Shown here: in pieces, positions 21,001-31,281 of the stretch | Layout of the letters: each line of letters starts with the position of its first letter | Numbering within the stretch: position 1 is the first letter of the stretch | IMG/VR virus record: IMGVR_UViG_3300010150_000023 | Span: 1-55,662 of that record | Strand: one strand, 5' to 3' | Length of the DNA: 55,662 nucleotides | Source: a virus | Lineage: Duplodnaviria; Caudoviricetes | The notes under the pieces: model-generated | What the model was told of the DNA's origin: nothing | What the model saw: the letters and a program-made list of their open reading frames with translations, nothing else | Database searches by the model: none | Made by a program: the position numbers and the translations under genes

Positions 21001-24000
21001 GATGAAGTACAGGGCTTTTTCAAAGTTAAAAGTGTAGAGCTGAATAGAATTACTATAGCATTACCAGAAGATGTAGCACTAACAACAGAAGCTACAGGCT
21101 TAACAGGTATACTTACAACGTTTATTTCAAATCGTGTTACAACACTTGCAGATGCAAATAAATTTGCTGAATCAGATATTGAATTTGGAGAAACACTTTG
21201 GGTAGATAGTATTACTGCTGATGGCAAAGGTAAATGGAATGTTATTAAAGCAGGTAATAGTTTTGACTTAGATGAAAATTTAATTAATCCTGCAGAGAGT
21301 AATATATCCTTTGGCGAAAGTATTGCAAATGATAGTGCAAATACTGTAGTTGCTGTAGGTTCACCATTAGACGGTGACGGAAAAGTTTACATTTATGAAA
21401 GACAACAAGACGGTAGTACAACATTTGGAACATTACAACCTAAGCAAACTTTAGAACCAATTGCTAATTATTCAACTACTCCAGGTAAGTTTGGACAAGC
21501 AATGTCTATGAGTCCAGATGGTGAGTACTTAGTTGTTACTGCTCCTAATTCAAGTAATGTTAAGACTGCATATAAAGATGAATTTAATTTTGCTACTGAC
21601 TATAAGTTAGGTTCTATTGTACAATACAATGGTAACTTATATAAGTCAAGAAGAACTGTCAAAGGAAGAACTGATAACATAGAGTTTGGTACATTTGATA
21701 GTGCTAGTCGTTGGAGATCAGATCTTTATAAGATACATGGCACATACGATGATGTGCAATTAATAGCATTAGGTGATTTACCACTAGTAGATGTTGAAAT
21801 TGATCACATATTAGTTAGAGCTCCGTTAGATGCATATGAAGGAAGTAACATTGGAGATACATTATATCTTGATTGGAATGAATTAAGTCTAAATTATACT
21901 CCAGACGTTAAGCCAGAGATTGTTAATATTGAATTAACTAATCCAGTTAGACTAACAACTAATAGTAACCATAGTTTAGCAGACGGTGATCAAGTTATAC
22001 TAACTGATGTACCAAATGATAATTTATCATTTAGACCTATTGCGTTCCCATACTTGTACGACAACAGCGATATTAATACACCATTTGATACAGTACAACA
22101 AAGTAGTGTTAAAGGAATTGAAGGCACAAAATATTATGCTAAAGTATTAACAAATCAACAAATTGAATTATACAGCAACGAAGCATTAACAACTAAAGTT
22201 AACGGTACTGTAGGATTTGTAGGTACAGCAAATATTGGCGGCTTTAACGGTTACCTAAATAAAGTAAACAAACCTTTTGATAATACGTTTAGTGGAATTA
22301 ACAAAGACTTCCTTAGTTTGAATCCACATGTTATAAGACGTAAAGTACAAGAAGTATTTTATATACTTGACCCTGTTAACGTTCCTAGCGTTTCAGCAGG
22401 CGACAGAGTAACTACTGCAACAGGTAATGCTGACGTTGTTCGTGTTAGAAACGAATTAGGACGTCTAGTAATTTATGCAGATAGAAAGAATGGTGTATTT
22501 GATGAGTCAGGTACGCTGTTTATTAATGATCAATTCTTAGTAGGTAGTTATACAAGACCATTAGCTGATAGTGTAGATAGAAGTACTGTACTAGGTGGCT
22601 ATTGGGAAATACCACTAACAACAGGCTTTACACCTAAAGATGAACAGTTAACAAATACTCCAACAACAGATTCTGGAGAAGGACTAGTTATTGTTGATGT
22701 TAAAAACAATTACAATCCAGCAACGTTACCAGGACCAGATTGGACAGAAAGTACAGCAAGACTACCGTATAAGAGTAGTGTACAAAATACTTTAGAACAT
22801 CCAGTTGAAGTTCTTGCATCAACATCAAAAGCATTTAAGAAAGAAACTGATCTTATTAGAGTGCTTAGTCATAAGAGTCAAGGTGTTGCAGGCAACGTTA
22901 CTGAAGTTGATGTATTAGATGCAAGATTTGTTGTACGCTTACCTAAAAACGTATCTGACAAGGCAGTATCAGCAACAGCTGATAGCACAACGCCTAATCC
23001 GTATGTTGGTGTTTACTTAAATGATATTCCAGCAAATGGCGTATTACCAGATATATCTGATACAGGATTTGGTGCAGACCCGTATGCTGTTATCAATGTA
23101 GACAGAAGACGTCCAACAGACTTATGGAATGGTTATATTGACTATGATGTATTTGCTGAAGTAGACTTAGCCCCAGGCGATATTATTAGAGAAGGTCAGT
23201 CAGGTGCATCAGCAGAAATTGCTTTTATACAAAGAGATTTAGATAAGTCAAGACTGTATGTTAAAAATGTTGCAGGCGAATTTAGTTTTGGTTCACGTTA
23301 CATTGACGGACTAGCACCGCAATCAATGTGGTTATACAAACAAATAGGTGCAAACTTAACAAGAATTGGTACTACTGAATCAAGACAACTAGCAGACGAA
23401 GATATCGGCTACCTTGCAGTGTTTACCCATACTACAAATTTAAGTATACCTCCAAAGTTAACATTTGCATTAAACAGTATTACAGATGAAGTTGCTGACT
23501 ATGAAACAAAATTCATTACAGGTATTGAATATCAAACATGGATTGAAGAATACAAACCAGGTTTACCTCGTGTAACATTAGAACCTAGTACAGAAAACAA
23601 TGACTGGGCACAAGTAGATAACATTCCTATTAACGTAGGTAGAGATGCAAGTTCTTATACTAAAGAAGGTGCATACTTTGTATACCAAAAAGACAGTACA
23701 ACTGGACTATATGATTTAGTTAGTGGATACATTCTTCCTAATCGTTCAAACAACCGCGAACTAGGACAGCGTGTAAAACTTATTAGAGATAACAACTTCT
23801 ATAAACTTGTTATCAACAGTAAAGAGCCGCACACTAATGACGGAACTGATGGTAATGGTAGACTTTACTTTGTACTAAATGGTACAAGTGAGTTTGGCAC
23901 ATACAACTGGTCACTAGGTAGAGATCCAAATTTCAAAGGTGAATACAATAGTATTTCATCTTACTATCAAGATCAAATTGTAATTTATAATGATGTATTC

Positions 24001-27000
24001 TACAAGGCACTTACTAATTTAAGTAACGAAACGTTTACTCCAATCAAATGGCAAGTAATAGGTAGCGATATAGACTTTGTTGGTTACTTACCAAATACAT
24101 CAGGACTTGTTATTCCAGGCGATGACAGTAGTATTATAAACTTATCAACTAGTGGATACGGAGAAGTATTTGATATTAGTGATAATGGTAGAGTATTAGC
24201 AACAGTAGCAAAATATGATAGTGGCAATAAACTTGTAATATACACACTCAAGGATATGCACTTCCAATACGTAACAGAATTTACTGCACCTGCAGACTCA
24301 GATAGTTATGGCAATAGTATAACAGTTTCAGATAACGGTAACTTAATTGTTGTAAGTGCTCCTGGCACAGACGCTAGAGAGTCACAGCAAGGTAAAGTAT
24401 ACGTTTACAAAAATGTTTCAGGAACATATTCTTTACAACAAGAATTAAACAGTCCTAATGCAGAATTAGTTGAAGGCTTTGGACAAACTTTAGGATTTGA
24501 TGGTAACCAATTAATTGTAACAGGCGCAACTAGTGACATACTGCTTGATACTACGTTTGATAGATATGAGCAAAGAGATACAACACGTAATGACTATGTT
24601 AACGATCCAACTAAAGGATTTAATATAGCACAAACAACTTACGATAATGGCTTTACTACATTTGTTAAACGTGTAAGCGATAGTGGTAATGTTTATGTTT
24701 ATGAAAATATAAATGATACTCTTGTGTTTGGACAGCGTTTAAAATATTCAAACTTTAATGTTAAGAACTTTGGTAAGAATGTTATTGTAAACAATAACAC
24801 AATACTAGTAGGATTGCCTGCGCTAGACGTTACAGGAAATATTCAAGGACAGGTAGCAGTATACATCAAAGATGATATTGACAGTACTTGGTCAGTTTAT
24901 AGAGAACCAGTTGACTCTGGAGACCTAAACAAGTTTAGAGGCAGTTTTGTTTACGACACTAAACAAAACACTATGTTAACAAGACTTGATATACTTGATC
25001 CTATATTAGGTAAGATACCTGGTACAGCAGAACAAGAATTATCATATAAAACATATTATGATCCTGCAAATTATAATGTAGGCTTTACTAATAATAAAGA
25101 ACAATACATTGCTTGGGACGATAAAAATATAGGCAAACTATGGTGGGACCTAAGTACAGTAAAATACATTGACTACCATCAAGGTTCAATAACTTATTCA
25201 CAAAATACATTTAACAAACTTGCAGAAGGTGCAAGTATTGATATTTACGAGTGGGTAGAGTCAAACATATTACCGTCAGCATGGGATAGTTTAGCAGGAA
25301 CCAATAGAGGTACAGCATTAGGTATAAGTGGTATTTCTAAATACGGTGATACAAAGTATGCAACACGAGAAATATATGATAGTGTTGGACAAGTGTTTAC
25401 TACAAAATATTACTTCTGGGTTAAAGCAACTAAGATACTACCACAAATAGAAGGTAGAAATTTAACAGCGTATGATATACAAAATATCATAACAGACCCT
25501 GCAGGACAGAAATTAAGATTTGTTACTGTACTCGGTAATGATAGATTTGTTTTATACAACTGTAATAACTTAGTTAGTGATACAGACGTTGCAATTAATT
25601 TCCGTTACTGGACTATTGATAATCAAGACAATAATATTCATACAGAATATCAAATTATTACAGACGGATTTGAATCAAGCAAACCTAAATCAAATATTGA
25701 GCAGAAGTGGTTTGATAGTTTAATTGGAACTGACAAGTATGGCAGAGCAGTACCAGATCCAGAACTAAGTGTAAAACAAAAATACGGTAACTTAGATAGA
25801 CCAAGACAGAGTTGGTTTGTAAATCGTAAAGAGGCACTAAAACAATTTATTGAAAGAGTAAATAGAGTTCTTTCAAAAGAGCTTGCTGTTGATAGTTTAG
25901 ATCTTACAAAATTATCTAATAAAGATCCTCTTCCAACAGTACTATCAGGTATGTATGATAGTGCTATTGATACCGAAGAAGAACTAAGATTTGTTGGTAC
26001 TGTTAGAGCAGAGCAAGCAGTATTAGAACCTGTTATTATAGACGGAACAGTAACCAAAATAAACGTAGTAACTAGAGGAAGAGGCTACAAAAATGTTCCA
26101 AAAATTACTATTAACGGAACTGGTTCAGACCTAGAACTAACACCTGTTTTAAACAACATAGGCGCTATTACAAGCGTTATTATTGTTAATGGTGGCACTA
26201 ACTACACAGACGACTTAACGCTTACTGTGAGACGTCTTAGCACCCTTGTAAGGTCAGATAGTACACTAGGTGGCAAGTGGTCAATCTATTGCTGGAACAG
26301 TCAAACTAGAAATTGGACAATAGATAGTCAACAGTCATATGATGTATCAGAATTTTGGAATTATAAAGATTGGTATGCATCTGGTTACAGTGAATTAACT
26401 TCAGTAGACTACTTAATTGATGACTATTATGAATTGAATATTGTCGATGATCAAATTGGTGATATTGTAAAAATCTCTAGCGTCGGCACAGGCGGCTGGA
26501 TATTACTAGAAAAAATTGTAAACGTAGATACACCAGACTATAGTTCAGGATACAAAACTGTTGGACGTGAAAACGGTACACTAGAATTCCTATCAAAACT
26601 TTATACACAAGATGGTGGATCATTAGAGTTACGTAGAATATTAGAAACTATTAGAGATGATTTATTTATTGACGAACTTGCAAATGAATATAACCAATTG
26701 TTCTTTGCAGGACTGCGTTATGTGTTTACAGAACAAAATTATGTTGACTGGGCATTTAAAACAAGTTTCATAAAAGCAAAACACAATGTAGGCGAGCTAA
26801 AAGAAAAAACTACATATCAAAATGATAACTTACCAAGTTTTGAAAAGTACATTGAAGAAGTTAAACCTTACAGAACAAAAGTTAGAGAATACTTATCAGC
26901 ATATGATAAGACAGATAATACTCAAAGTGTTGTAACAGACTTTGAACTATCGCCGTTCTATGATACAGAGCGTGGCGAAATAGTTAGTCCACAAGTTCAA

Positions 27001-30000
27001 ATCAATGACGGAGTATTGTCAGGCATAAACTTTGATATTGATGAGTATCCACAAAAACATTGGGTTGATAATTTTACATACAGTGTTGAAGAAATTAAAA
27101 TTGAAAATGGCGGCACAGGATTTACTAATATTCCACAAGTAACTATTACTGGCGGCGGTGGCACAGGTGCAACTGCTAGTGCATATATAGGTAGTGGTAG
27201 TGTTAAAAATATTGTTGTTACTAACAGCGGTGCAGGATTTACAAGTATTCCAACTATTACAATCGATGGTGTGCAAGACGAAGGCGGACTAGCACCTAAA
27301 GTAAGTATTGTATTAGGAAATAAAAAAGTAAGAAGTTTAAATGTTACACAAAAGTTTGATAGACTATCTCCAAACTTAGAAATATTAAACTTACCAGAAA
27401 CAGAAGTATTTACAAGTACTGGTACTGAACTTACACTAACACTCAAGTTTCCAATGGACTTAACAAGAACTAATGTTAGAGTATTCTTTAACGACACTGA
27501 AGCACTAAGCAGTGAGTACAGTTTCAATAATAAAGAATTGTTTAGTACAAACAAAACACATATTCGTAACCAAGGTTACATTACATTAACTAATGCACAA
27601 CTAGTTGGAACAATAATTAAAGTTGAATACAACAAAGATGTTAGTATGCTTACAGCGGCAGATAGAATTAACTTATTCTACAATGCATCTGAAGGACAGT
27701 TAGGTAAAGACCTAGGACAACTAATGGACGGTGTCGACTACGGTGGCGTTGAAGTTAAGAGTTTTGAATTTGGTCAAGACTTAGGTTGGGATAGTAAAGA
27801 ATGGTACACTACGTCATGGGACTCATATGATGAAAACTTTGATGACGAAAGTTTTGTAACAACTGGTCCTACATTTAGATTCCAGTTATCTAAACCTTTA
27901 CAAGAAGATACAATTTACAATGTATATGTTAATGCTACAAGAGTTGATGATATTAATTATGATGGTAGCACCAAAACTTATATTGCAGGTGACGGTTCAA
28001 CAGTTCTTTCATTAGGTAATCCAAATGCAATTATGTTATCAATTACTTCAGACAGTACTGAGTATGTAGTTGAAAATGGAAACTACTATATTGATATACA
28101 AAATGTTGAAGAGTGGGAAGAGTTCTTTGCTACTTCTAATCCAACAATTACATTTAGAAAGTCTACAAGCGATGGTAGCTTCCTACCAGAAGGCATTGGC
28201 TTTGATAGTTTAATTGAAGGTGGTAACTTACAGTATGGTACTGCAACAGGACTTGATGCAAGTGATATTAACCTTGACGGTGACGGATTTGTTACACCAA
28301 CAACATCAAAAGGTCCAGAAGAATTAGTTCCAGGACAGTTACATGATACACTAGACTTAAAAGTTTATGATAGATCTGCAGACGGCGGTAGTTTAATTAG
28401 CACAAGAAACTATACTGCAACTGATGGACAAGTAGACTTTGACTTAGATGTTTTACCACACAACATATTCAGTGCTATTGTTAAAGTTAACGGAAAAATA
28501 TTACAATCTGAAGACGTTCCAGGATCTGATAGTTCAGTAGTTGGAACACCAGAGTACACTATAAACTTTACAGATAAGAAATTAACTCTAAGAGATGCAC
28601 TAGTAGCAGGAGACAAAGTAAATGTATTGTCAATGGCAGGCAGTGGAGAAAGAATTTTAGACACAGATCACTTTATTGGTGACGGCACAACAAGAACATT
28701 TGTAACAAGTGTGATATGGGCAGACGATATACAAAGTTATATTAATGTAGACGGAGCAAATGCTCAAGTATCATTATTTAAAACAGATAGTTCCTATGGT
28801 GATAAAGCAGGACTAGTTGGACTAGACTTTGTTATTCCGCCAAACGATAATGCGTTTGTTTATTACTCATTGTTTGATACTAATGAAGAAACAATACAAA
28901 GATACAGTGAAGTAATTATTGATAGATTTATTGGAGATGGTAGTACAGTACAATTTGAATTGTCACCTGAGCCTGCTTCAAGGCTCCCACTAAGTCATAA
29001 CATTATTGTTAAAGTTGATGATAAAATATTATTTCCAGGATATACACAACAATGGTACATTACTACAGCACGTGAATATGTATTAGATAGATCACAGTAT
29101 CCGACAAGTAGCCTAAGTCCAGATGCAGTTGATGTATACATTAACGGTGTTAAAAAAGTATTACTAAAAGACTATCGTTGGAACTTTAATAACTCATCAG
29201 TTACTTTGTTTGATAACGTAGGTGAAACTGGTGATGACTTAGAAATTGTTATTACAGATTCAGCAGAATACGAATTTAGTAAAAATACATTAATTGGACT
29301 ACCAACAGTAACAGGTACATTTGAACCAGGCGAAACTGTAGAAATAGGAACTGGAGACAGTACAGTTTATACAGCAACAGTAAAATCATTTACTACTGGT
29401 ACAGGTAACTTAGTTGTAGTAGGTACTGTTCCAGGACTATCTCAAGCAGTTGACATTGACAATAGTATTCCGATTGTAGGCTTAACAAGTAATGCAACAG
29501 CATCATCGATTGTAAGTATAACACTTGTTGAAGCAGGCGATAGACTAGTATTAGATAGTATACCTGCAGATGGTACACAAGTTGACGTATATAAATTTAA
29601 TAGACACGAACTACAAGATATACAAATGGAAACAAAAACTAACGTTTCACGTAGTATACTTACAGTTGGTACAGATGACTATTATGAATTTAATAGACTA
29701 ACAAAAGGTTTAGTTAAACTACGTGCGCCAGCAGTAGATACCGCATACCTTTGGATAAGTTTAAACGGAATAATGTTAACTCCAAACGTTGACTACAAGT
29801 TAGTTAAAATGGATAATTACGTACAAATAGATAGACCCGTTAAACCAAATGATAAAATACAAGTAATTCATTTTGCGGCTGACAAAGCAAGTGAAAAGTT
29901 TGGATATAGAATGTTTAAAGACATGCTTAACAGAACGCACTATAAGAGACTAAACCAAGCAAACGTTTACTTCTTAGCAGAGCCGTTGAGTATATCAGAC

Positions 30001-30639
30001 CAAGCAATTCAACTTACAGATGCAGAAGGTATTACACAGCCAAGTAAAGAACTAAACGTTCCAGGTGTATTATTTGTTAACGGAGAAAGAATTGAATACT
30101 TTGAAGTAGTTGGAAAAGAATTAAGACAACTACGTAGAGGTACATTAGGAACAGGACCTGCTGATACTTACCCTGCAGGAACAGAAATTATGGATCAAAG
30201 TAATTCTGAAACTATTCCTTATACAGACGAAATGGTAAGTTCAATAGCACTAGATGACGAAAGTACACAAATATTGCTAGATTGGATCCCTACTAAAGGG
30301 GTAGACGAGTTCGAAGTGTTTGTAGCAGGACGCAGACTACGTAAGAATTCAATCAGTATGTACCAAAATCAGGTAGTTGATGCTAATGGAATTGTAACAA
30401 CAGAGCTTATTGCTAAAGATAGCCCAGAAGGCGACATTACTTTAGCACCAGAGTTTACATTAAATATTACAGATTCATCAGCAACAGTAACACTTGTAGA
30501 CACTCCAGTAACAGGTACTAGGGTGGTTATAGTAAGAAAAATAGGAAAAACGTGGCAAACACCAGGGGAGCAGTTAAGATACGCAAATAATTCAATTGCT
30601 GAATTCATCCGCGAGGCAACAACTGACTTACCTAAATAA
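15016..30639 (+). CDS. Giant 5207-aa virion structural protein (baseplate wedge/adhesin, gp7-like position)
   Basis: Uninterrupted ORF overlapping the gp6 stop; FG-GAP-like repeats, four W/F/Y-x5-Y-x2-G/D-x2-V-x-Y modules, GxGY/F repeats and Ig-like GDGST/VxxNG repeats. Confidence 0.85.
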   Translation: MAYENNQSDFPLPVGGNEGSRKSENLLPKYFRTDANSKFLQATLDQLVQPGVAEKLNGYYGRQISKAYNADDNYVGDISTQRENYQFEPVTLIKDELDNVTFYKDYNDYLNQIKSFGGNTENQEVLNSQEYYAWQPHIDWDKFSNFREYYWLPYGPQTVRLAGQERGVESTVEVSLFNNVDNVAYKFSSDDLVNNPTLILYKGQTYTFDIDTIGTPITFKTKRTLESSFNYNDGVSAQGVEKGTVTFEVDVNAPEVLYYVAENDINNSGLIQIKDIDENTDIDVEKEILGKKKYKSSNGVQLSTGMKVSFAGFVTPEKYATGDWYVEGVGNNIKLVPESELSIPGSYSDNREVAFDTNAFDRLPFANANGYPATKDYIIVNRSSNDRNMWSRYNRWFHKNVIEESARINGQEINIDQNARATRPIIEFNANLKLFNFGTSTKSNVNVIDTFTKDIFSTVEGAVGYNIDGVDLVEGMRVLFTAEEDIRENGKIFKVKFITQKGRRQISLIEEPDTTPLENETVLALDGLEYKGRMFYYNGNTWNLTQEKTKVNQPPLFDLFDANGNSYGDASAYPNTTFTGNKVFSYRESTGNNDSQLGFPITYRSIENIGDIVFDFNLLNSEFTYTDTTFETITTSTDICTLQQYTTRSDYTSVNGWIKANVQSTQRVLRQYVANNNQTSFVVDVFDNSSSLDDLDIKVTVNNNLKFETIDYVFDKTDTNVIVRFNTALLKDDVVVFRCRSSATKNANGIYELPINLERNPLNNDITTFTLGEVNDHVTSIVQEVNDFFGIHPGPGNLRDIGNLSTFGRKFVQHSGPTNLALYHITDKSANIIKAIDFNRREYAKFKRLFIQTALGLGFDGTPKAHVDLIFAELNKNKTSNLPFYFSDMVPTGGARTITYDAIPGNIYYALNEIYDISVPSVKAVTVYLDDIQLVFGQDYTFNTDGFCEITKELTAGQVITINEYETTDGSYVPPTPTKLGLYPKFAPIKFIDNSYTEPTEVIQGHDGSITKAYGDFRDDLILEFEKRIYNNIRTNYNSDIIDIHDFIPGTYRNTTVTKENIDNVMLKDFASWLTNIDDVDYTAFDFYNRGNTFSYNYSSMQSPLDTALPGYWRGVYKQAYDTDRPHTHPWEMLGLTNMPDWWETVYGPAPYTSNNLLLWEDLEKGILAKPGVNKVVLEKYKRPGLTTHIPVNDLGQLLSPLDSGYAKNYVNGLTRASFVFGDEAPVETAWRRSSEYAFSLFKAWMLNQPTKIIGLGFDRLRTVRDNSNQIVYSTTSKRLRLVDLVFPNNSTTGSDSIRVFTSGFVNFIANYLASNVVSNYDTYQNNIANITNQVAFKVGGFTDKSKFNLLLDSRTPLNQGNVFVPEENYQVTLQTSSPIDVVTYSGVVIEKATAGYIIRGYDSSNPSFKYYNYVPNQNDPLVNVGGVSDSFIEWDSDQRYVADGVVKYQETFYRVTVGHTSTAIFDQSKFVKLPDLPVVGGRSAQFRTRFDSRFIKQLPYGTLLRTTQEVVDFLLGYGDYLQNAGFVFDNFNPTLEAVENWKLSAKEFMFWTLQNWDSGSLITVSPSAQRIEFSTSYAVVDDIFDPFYEYGLVSANGTKLRKEFVNILRTNENTFSLTVKNTADGIYALKLPLVQKEHVIVLDNETVFKDIIYDQEAGYRQERIRVLGYRTADWAGGLNIPGFIYDDAIVTTWQQWKDYAIGDAVKYKEFYYAAITKVSGSELFVDNQWYRLEEKPQSKLLTNLEYKTNQFGDFYDLDTDNFDVNQQEIAQHLIGYQKREYLANIINDDVSQYKFYQGMIADKGTKNVLTKLFDALSSADKESLEFYEEWAVRSGQYGASDGFEELEFLLDEEQFQLSPQPILLTETIPDDVSDLIYRQLPGSVFVAPNNYAHKPFPVKYVNDPALKTAGYVREEDVNYIVKSFDDILNIDHNAIQQGQYVWVTFDKNDWNVYKYTDTPCTITSALPVDNDAVLVLDRLTTLKVDDIVGLYDVTDEVQGFFKVKSVELNRITIALPEDVALTTEATGLTGILTTFISNRVTTLADANKFAESDIEFGETLWVDSITADGKGKWNVIKAGNSFDLDENLINPAESNISFGESIANDSANTVVAVGSPLDGDGKVYIYERQQDGSTTFGTLQPKQTLEPIANYSTTPGKFGQAMSMSPDGEYLVVTAPNSSNVKTAYKDEFNFATDYKLGSIVQYNGNLYKSRRTVKGRTDNIEFGTFDSASRWRSDLYKIHGTYDDVQLIALGDLPLVDVEIDHILVRAPLDAYEGSNIGDTLYLDWNELSLNYTPDVKPEIVNIELTNPVRLTTNSNHSLADGDQVILTDVPNDNLSFRPIAFPYLYDNSDINTPFDTVQQSSVKGIEGTKYYAKVLTNQQIELYSNEALTTKVNGTVGFVGTANIGGFNGYLNKVNKPFDNTFSGINKDFLSLNPHVIRRKVQEVFYILDPVNVPSVSAGDRVTTATGNADVVRVRNELGRLVIYADRKNGVFDESGTLFINDQFLVGSYTRPLADSVDRSTVLGGYWEIPLTTGFTPKDEQLTNTPTTDSGEGLVIVDVKNNYNPATLPGPDWTESTARLPYKSSVQNTLEHPVEVLASTSKAFKKETDLIRVLSHKSQGVAGNVTEVDVLDARFVVRLPKNVSDKAVSATADSTTPNPYVGVYLNDIPANGVLPDISDTGFGADPYAVINVDRRRPTDLWNGYIDYDVFAEVDLAPGDIIREGQSGASAEIAFIQRDLDKSRLYVKNVAGEFSFGSRYIDGLAPQSMWLYKQIGANLTRIGTTESRQLADEDIGYLAVFTHTTNLSIPPKLTFALNSITDEVADYETKFITGIEYQTWIEEYKPGLPRVTLEPSTENNDWAQVDNIPINVGRDASSYTKEGAYFVYQKDSTTGLYDLVSGYILPNRSNNRELGQRVKLIRDNNFYKLVINSKEPHTNDGTDGNGRLYFVLNGTSEFGTYNWSLGRDPNFKGEYNSISSYYQDQIVIYNDVFYKALTNLSNETFTPIKWQVIGSDIDFVGYLPNTSGLVIPGDDSSIINLSTSGYGEVFDISDNGRVLATVAKYDSGNKLVIYTLKDMHFQYVTEFTAPADSDSYGNSITVSDNGNLIVVSAPGTDARESQQGKVYVYKNVSGTYSLQQELNSPNAELVEGFGQTLGFDGNQLIVTGATSDILLDTTFDRYEQRDTTRNDYVNDPTKGFNIAQTTYDNGFTTFVKRVSDSGNVYVYENINDTLVFGQRLKYSNFNVKNFGKNVIVNNNTILVGLPALDVTGNIQGQVAVYIKDDIDSTWSVYREPVDSGDLNKFRGSFVYDTKQNTMLTRLDILDPILGKIPGTAEQELSYKTYYDPANYNVGFTNNKEQYIAWDDKNIGKLWWDLSTVKYIDYHQGSITYSQNTFNKLAEGASIDIYEWVESNILPSAWDSLAGTNRGTALGISGISKYGDTKYATREIYDSVGQVFTTKYYFWVKATKILPQIEGRNLTAYDIQNIITDPAGQKLRFVTVLGNDRFVLYNCNNLVSDTDVAINFRYWTIDNQDNNIHTEYQIITDGFESSKPKSNIEQKWFDSLIGTDKYGRAVPDPELSVKQKYGNLDRPRQSWFVNRKEALKQFIERVNRVLSKELAVDSLDLTKLSNKDPLPTVLSGMYDSAIDTEEELRFVGTVRAEQAVLEPVIIDGTVTKINVVTRGRGYKNVPKITINGTGSDLELTPVLNNIGAITSVIIVNGGTNYTDDLTLTVRRLSTLVRSDSTLGGKWSIYCWNSQTRNWTIDSQQSYDVSEFWNYKDWYASGYSELTSVDYLIDDYYELNIVDDQIGDIVKISSVGTGGWILLEKIVNVDTPDYSSGYKTVGRENGTLEFLSKLYTQDGGSLELRRILETIRDDLFIDELANEYNQLFFAGLRYVFTEQNYVDWAFKTSFIKAKHNVGELKEKTTYQNDNLPSFEKYIEEVKPYRTKVREYLSAYDKTDNTQSVVTDFELSPFYDTERGEIVSPQVQINDGVLSGINFDIDEYPQKHWVDNFTYSVEEIKIENGGTGFTNIPQVTITGGGGTGATASAYIGSGSVKNIVVTNSGAGFTSIPTITIDGVQDEGGLAPKVSIVLGNKKVRSLNVTQKFDRLSPNLEILNLPETEVFTSTGTELTLTLKFPMDLTRTNVRVFFNDTEALSSEYSFNNKELFSTNKTHIRNQGYITLTNAQLVGTIIKVEYNKDVSMLTAADRINLFYNASEGQLGKDLGQLMDGVDYGGVEVKSFEFGQDLGWDSKEWYTTSWDSYDENFDDESFVTTGPTFRFQLSKPLQEDTIYNVYVNATRVDDINYDGSTKTYIAGDGSTVLSLGNPNAIMLSITSDSTEYVVENGNYYIDIQNVEEWEEFFATSNPTITFRKSTSDGSFLPEGIGFDSLIEGGNLQYGTATGLDASDINLDGDGFVTPTTSKGPEELVPGQLHDTLDLKVYDRSADGGSLISTRNYTATDGQVDFDLDVLPHNIFSAIVKVNGKILQSEDVPGSDSSVVGTPEYTINFTDKKLTLRDALVAGDKVNVLSMAGSGERILDTDHFIGDGTTRTFVTSVIWADDIQSYINVDGANAQVSLFKTDSSYGDKAGLVGLDFVIPPNDNAFVYYSLFDTNEETIQRYSEVIIDRFIGDGSTVQFELSPEPASRLPLSHNIIVKVDDKILFPGYTQQWYITTAREYVLDRSQYPTSSLSPDAVDVYINGVKKVLLKDYRWNFNNSSVTLFDNVGETGDDLEIVITDSAEYEFSKNTLIGLPTVTGTFEPGETVEIGTGDSTVYTATVKSFTTGTGNLVVVGTVPGLSQAVDIDNSIPIVGLTSNATASSIVSITLVEAGDRLVLDSIPADGTQVDVYKFNRHELQDIQMETKTNVSRSILTVGTDDYYEFNRLTKGLVKLRAPAVDTAYLWISLNGIMLTPNVDYKLVKMDNYVQIDRPVKPNDKIQVIHFAADKASEKFGYRMFKDMLNRTHYKRLNQANVYFLAEPLSISDQAIQLTDAEGITQPSKELNVPGVLFVNGERIEYFEVVGKELRQLRRGTLGTGPADTYPAGTEIMDQSNSETIPYTDEMVSSIALDDESTQILLDWIPTKGVDEFEVFVAGRRLRKNSISMYQNQVVDANGIVTTELIAKDSPEGDITLAPEFTLNITDSSATVTLVDTPVTGTRVVIVRKIGKTWQTPGEQLRYANNSIAEFIREATTDLPK

Positions 30640-30642
30640 ATA
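30633..30642 (+). promoter_or_regulatory. Overlapping late promoter boxes TAAATAAATA
   Basis: At the stop of the giant ORF, upstream of AGGA SD and ATG 30661. Confidence 0.6.
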
Positions 30643-30660
30643 CACTAGCAGGAAGATAAA

Positions 30661-31278
30661 ATGACAGATACATTTAAAGATTTAAACGGAGTACTACTCC
30701 AAGGACATATCAAAATTAGTGATCCTGAGAGTGGCGAGATTCTTATTGATAAGCGTAATGCTATTCATTATGAGAACATGAGTTTGGCACTAGCGGAATC
30801 ACTAGCCAACGCAGGACAAGGGCCTATATACAAAATGGCATTTGGTAACGGCGGTACAGCAGTTGATCCAACAGGAATTATTACTTACTTAACTCCAAAC
30901 AGTACAGGTACAAATGCAAGTTTGTACAACCAAACGTTTGCTAAAGTAGTAGACGATCAAGCAGGAAACAATACAGATCCTGTAAGAAACAAAATAGAAA
31001 CAAGACACGTTAGTGGTACAAACTACACAGACATACTTGTTAGTTGTTTACTAGACTATGGTGAACCAAGTGGACAAGATGCATTTGATACTACAACAAA
31101 TACAGAAAACTTATATGTATTCGATGAGCTAGGACTAATAAGTGCTGGTGCAGGCGGTACAGACGGTAGACTTTTAACACACGTTATCTTCCATCCAGTA
31201 CAGAAATCGTTGAATAGACTTATTCAAATTGACTACACTGTAAGGGTACAGAGTTTAACTGGCTTTACAGAGGTATAA
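30661..31278 (+). CDS. Virion structural protein (baseplate/fibre attachment)
   Basis: 205 aa; MAFGNGG, FDELGL, LLTHVIFHPVQKS; located in the tail cluster. Confidence 0.7.
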   Translation: MTDTFKDLNGVLLQGHIKISDPESGEILIDKRNAIHYENMSLALAESLANAGQGPIYKMAFGNGGTAVDPTGIITYLTPNSTGTNASLYNQTFAKVVDDQAGNNTDPVRNKIETRHVSGTNYTDILVSCLLDYGEPSGQDAFDTTTNTENLYVFDELGLISAGAGGTDGRLLTHVIFHPVQKSLNRLIQIDYTVRVQSLTGFTEV

Positions 31279-31281
31279 TAA

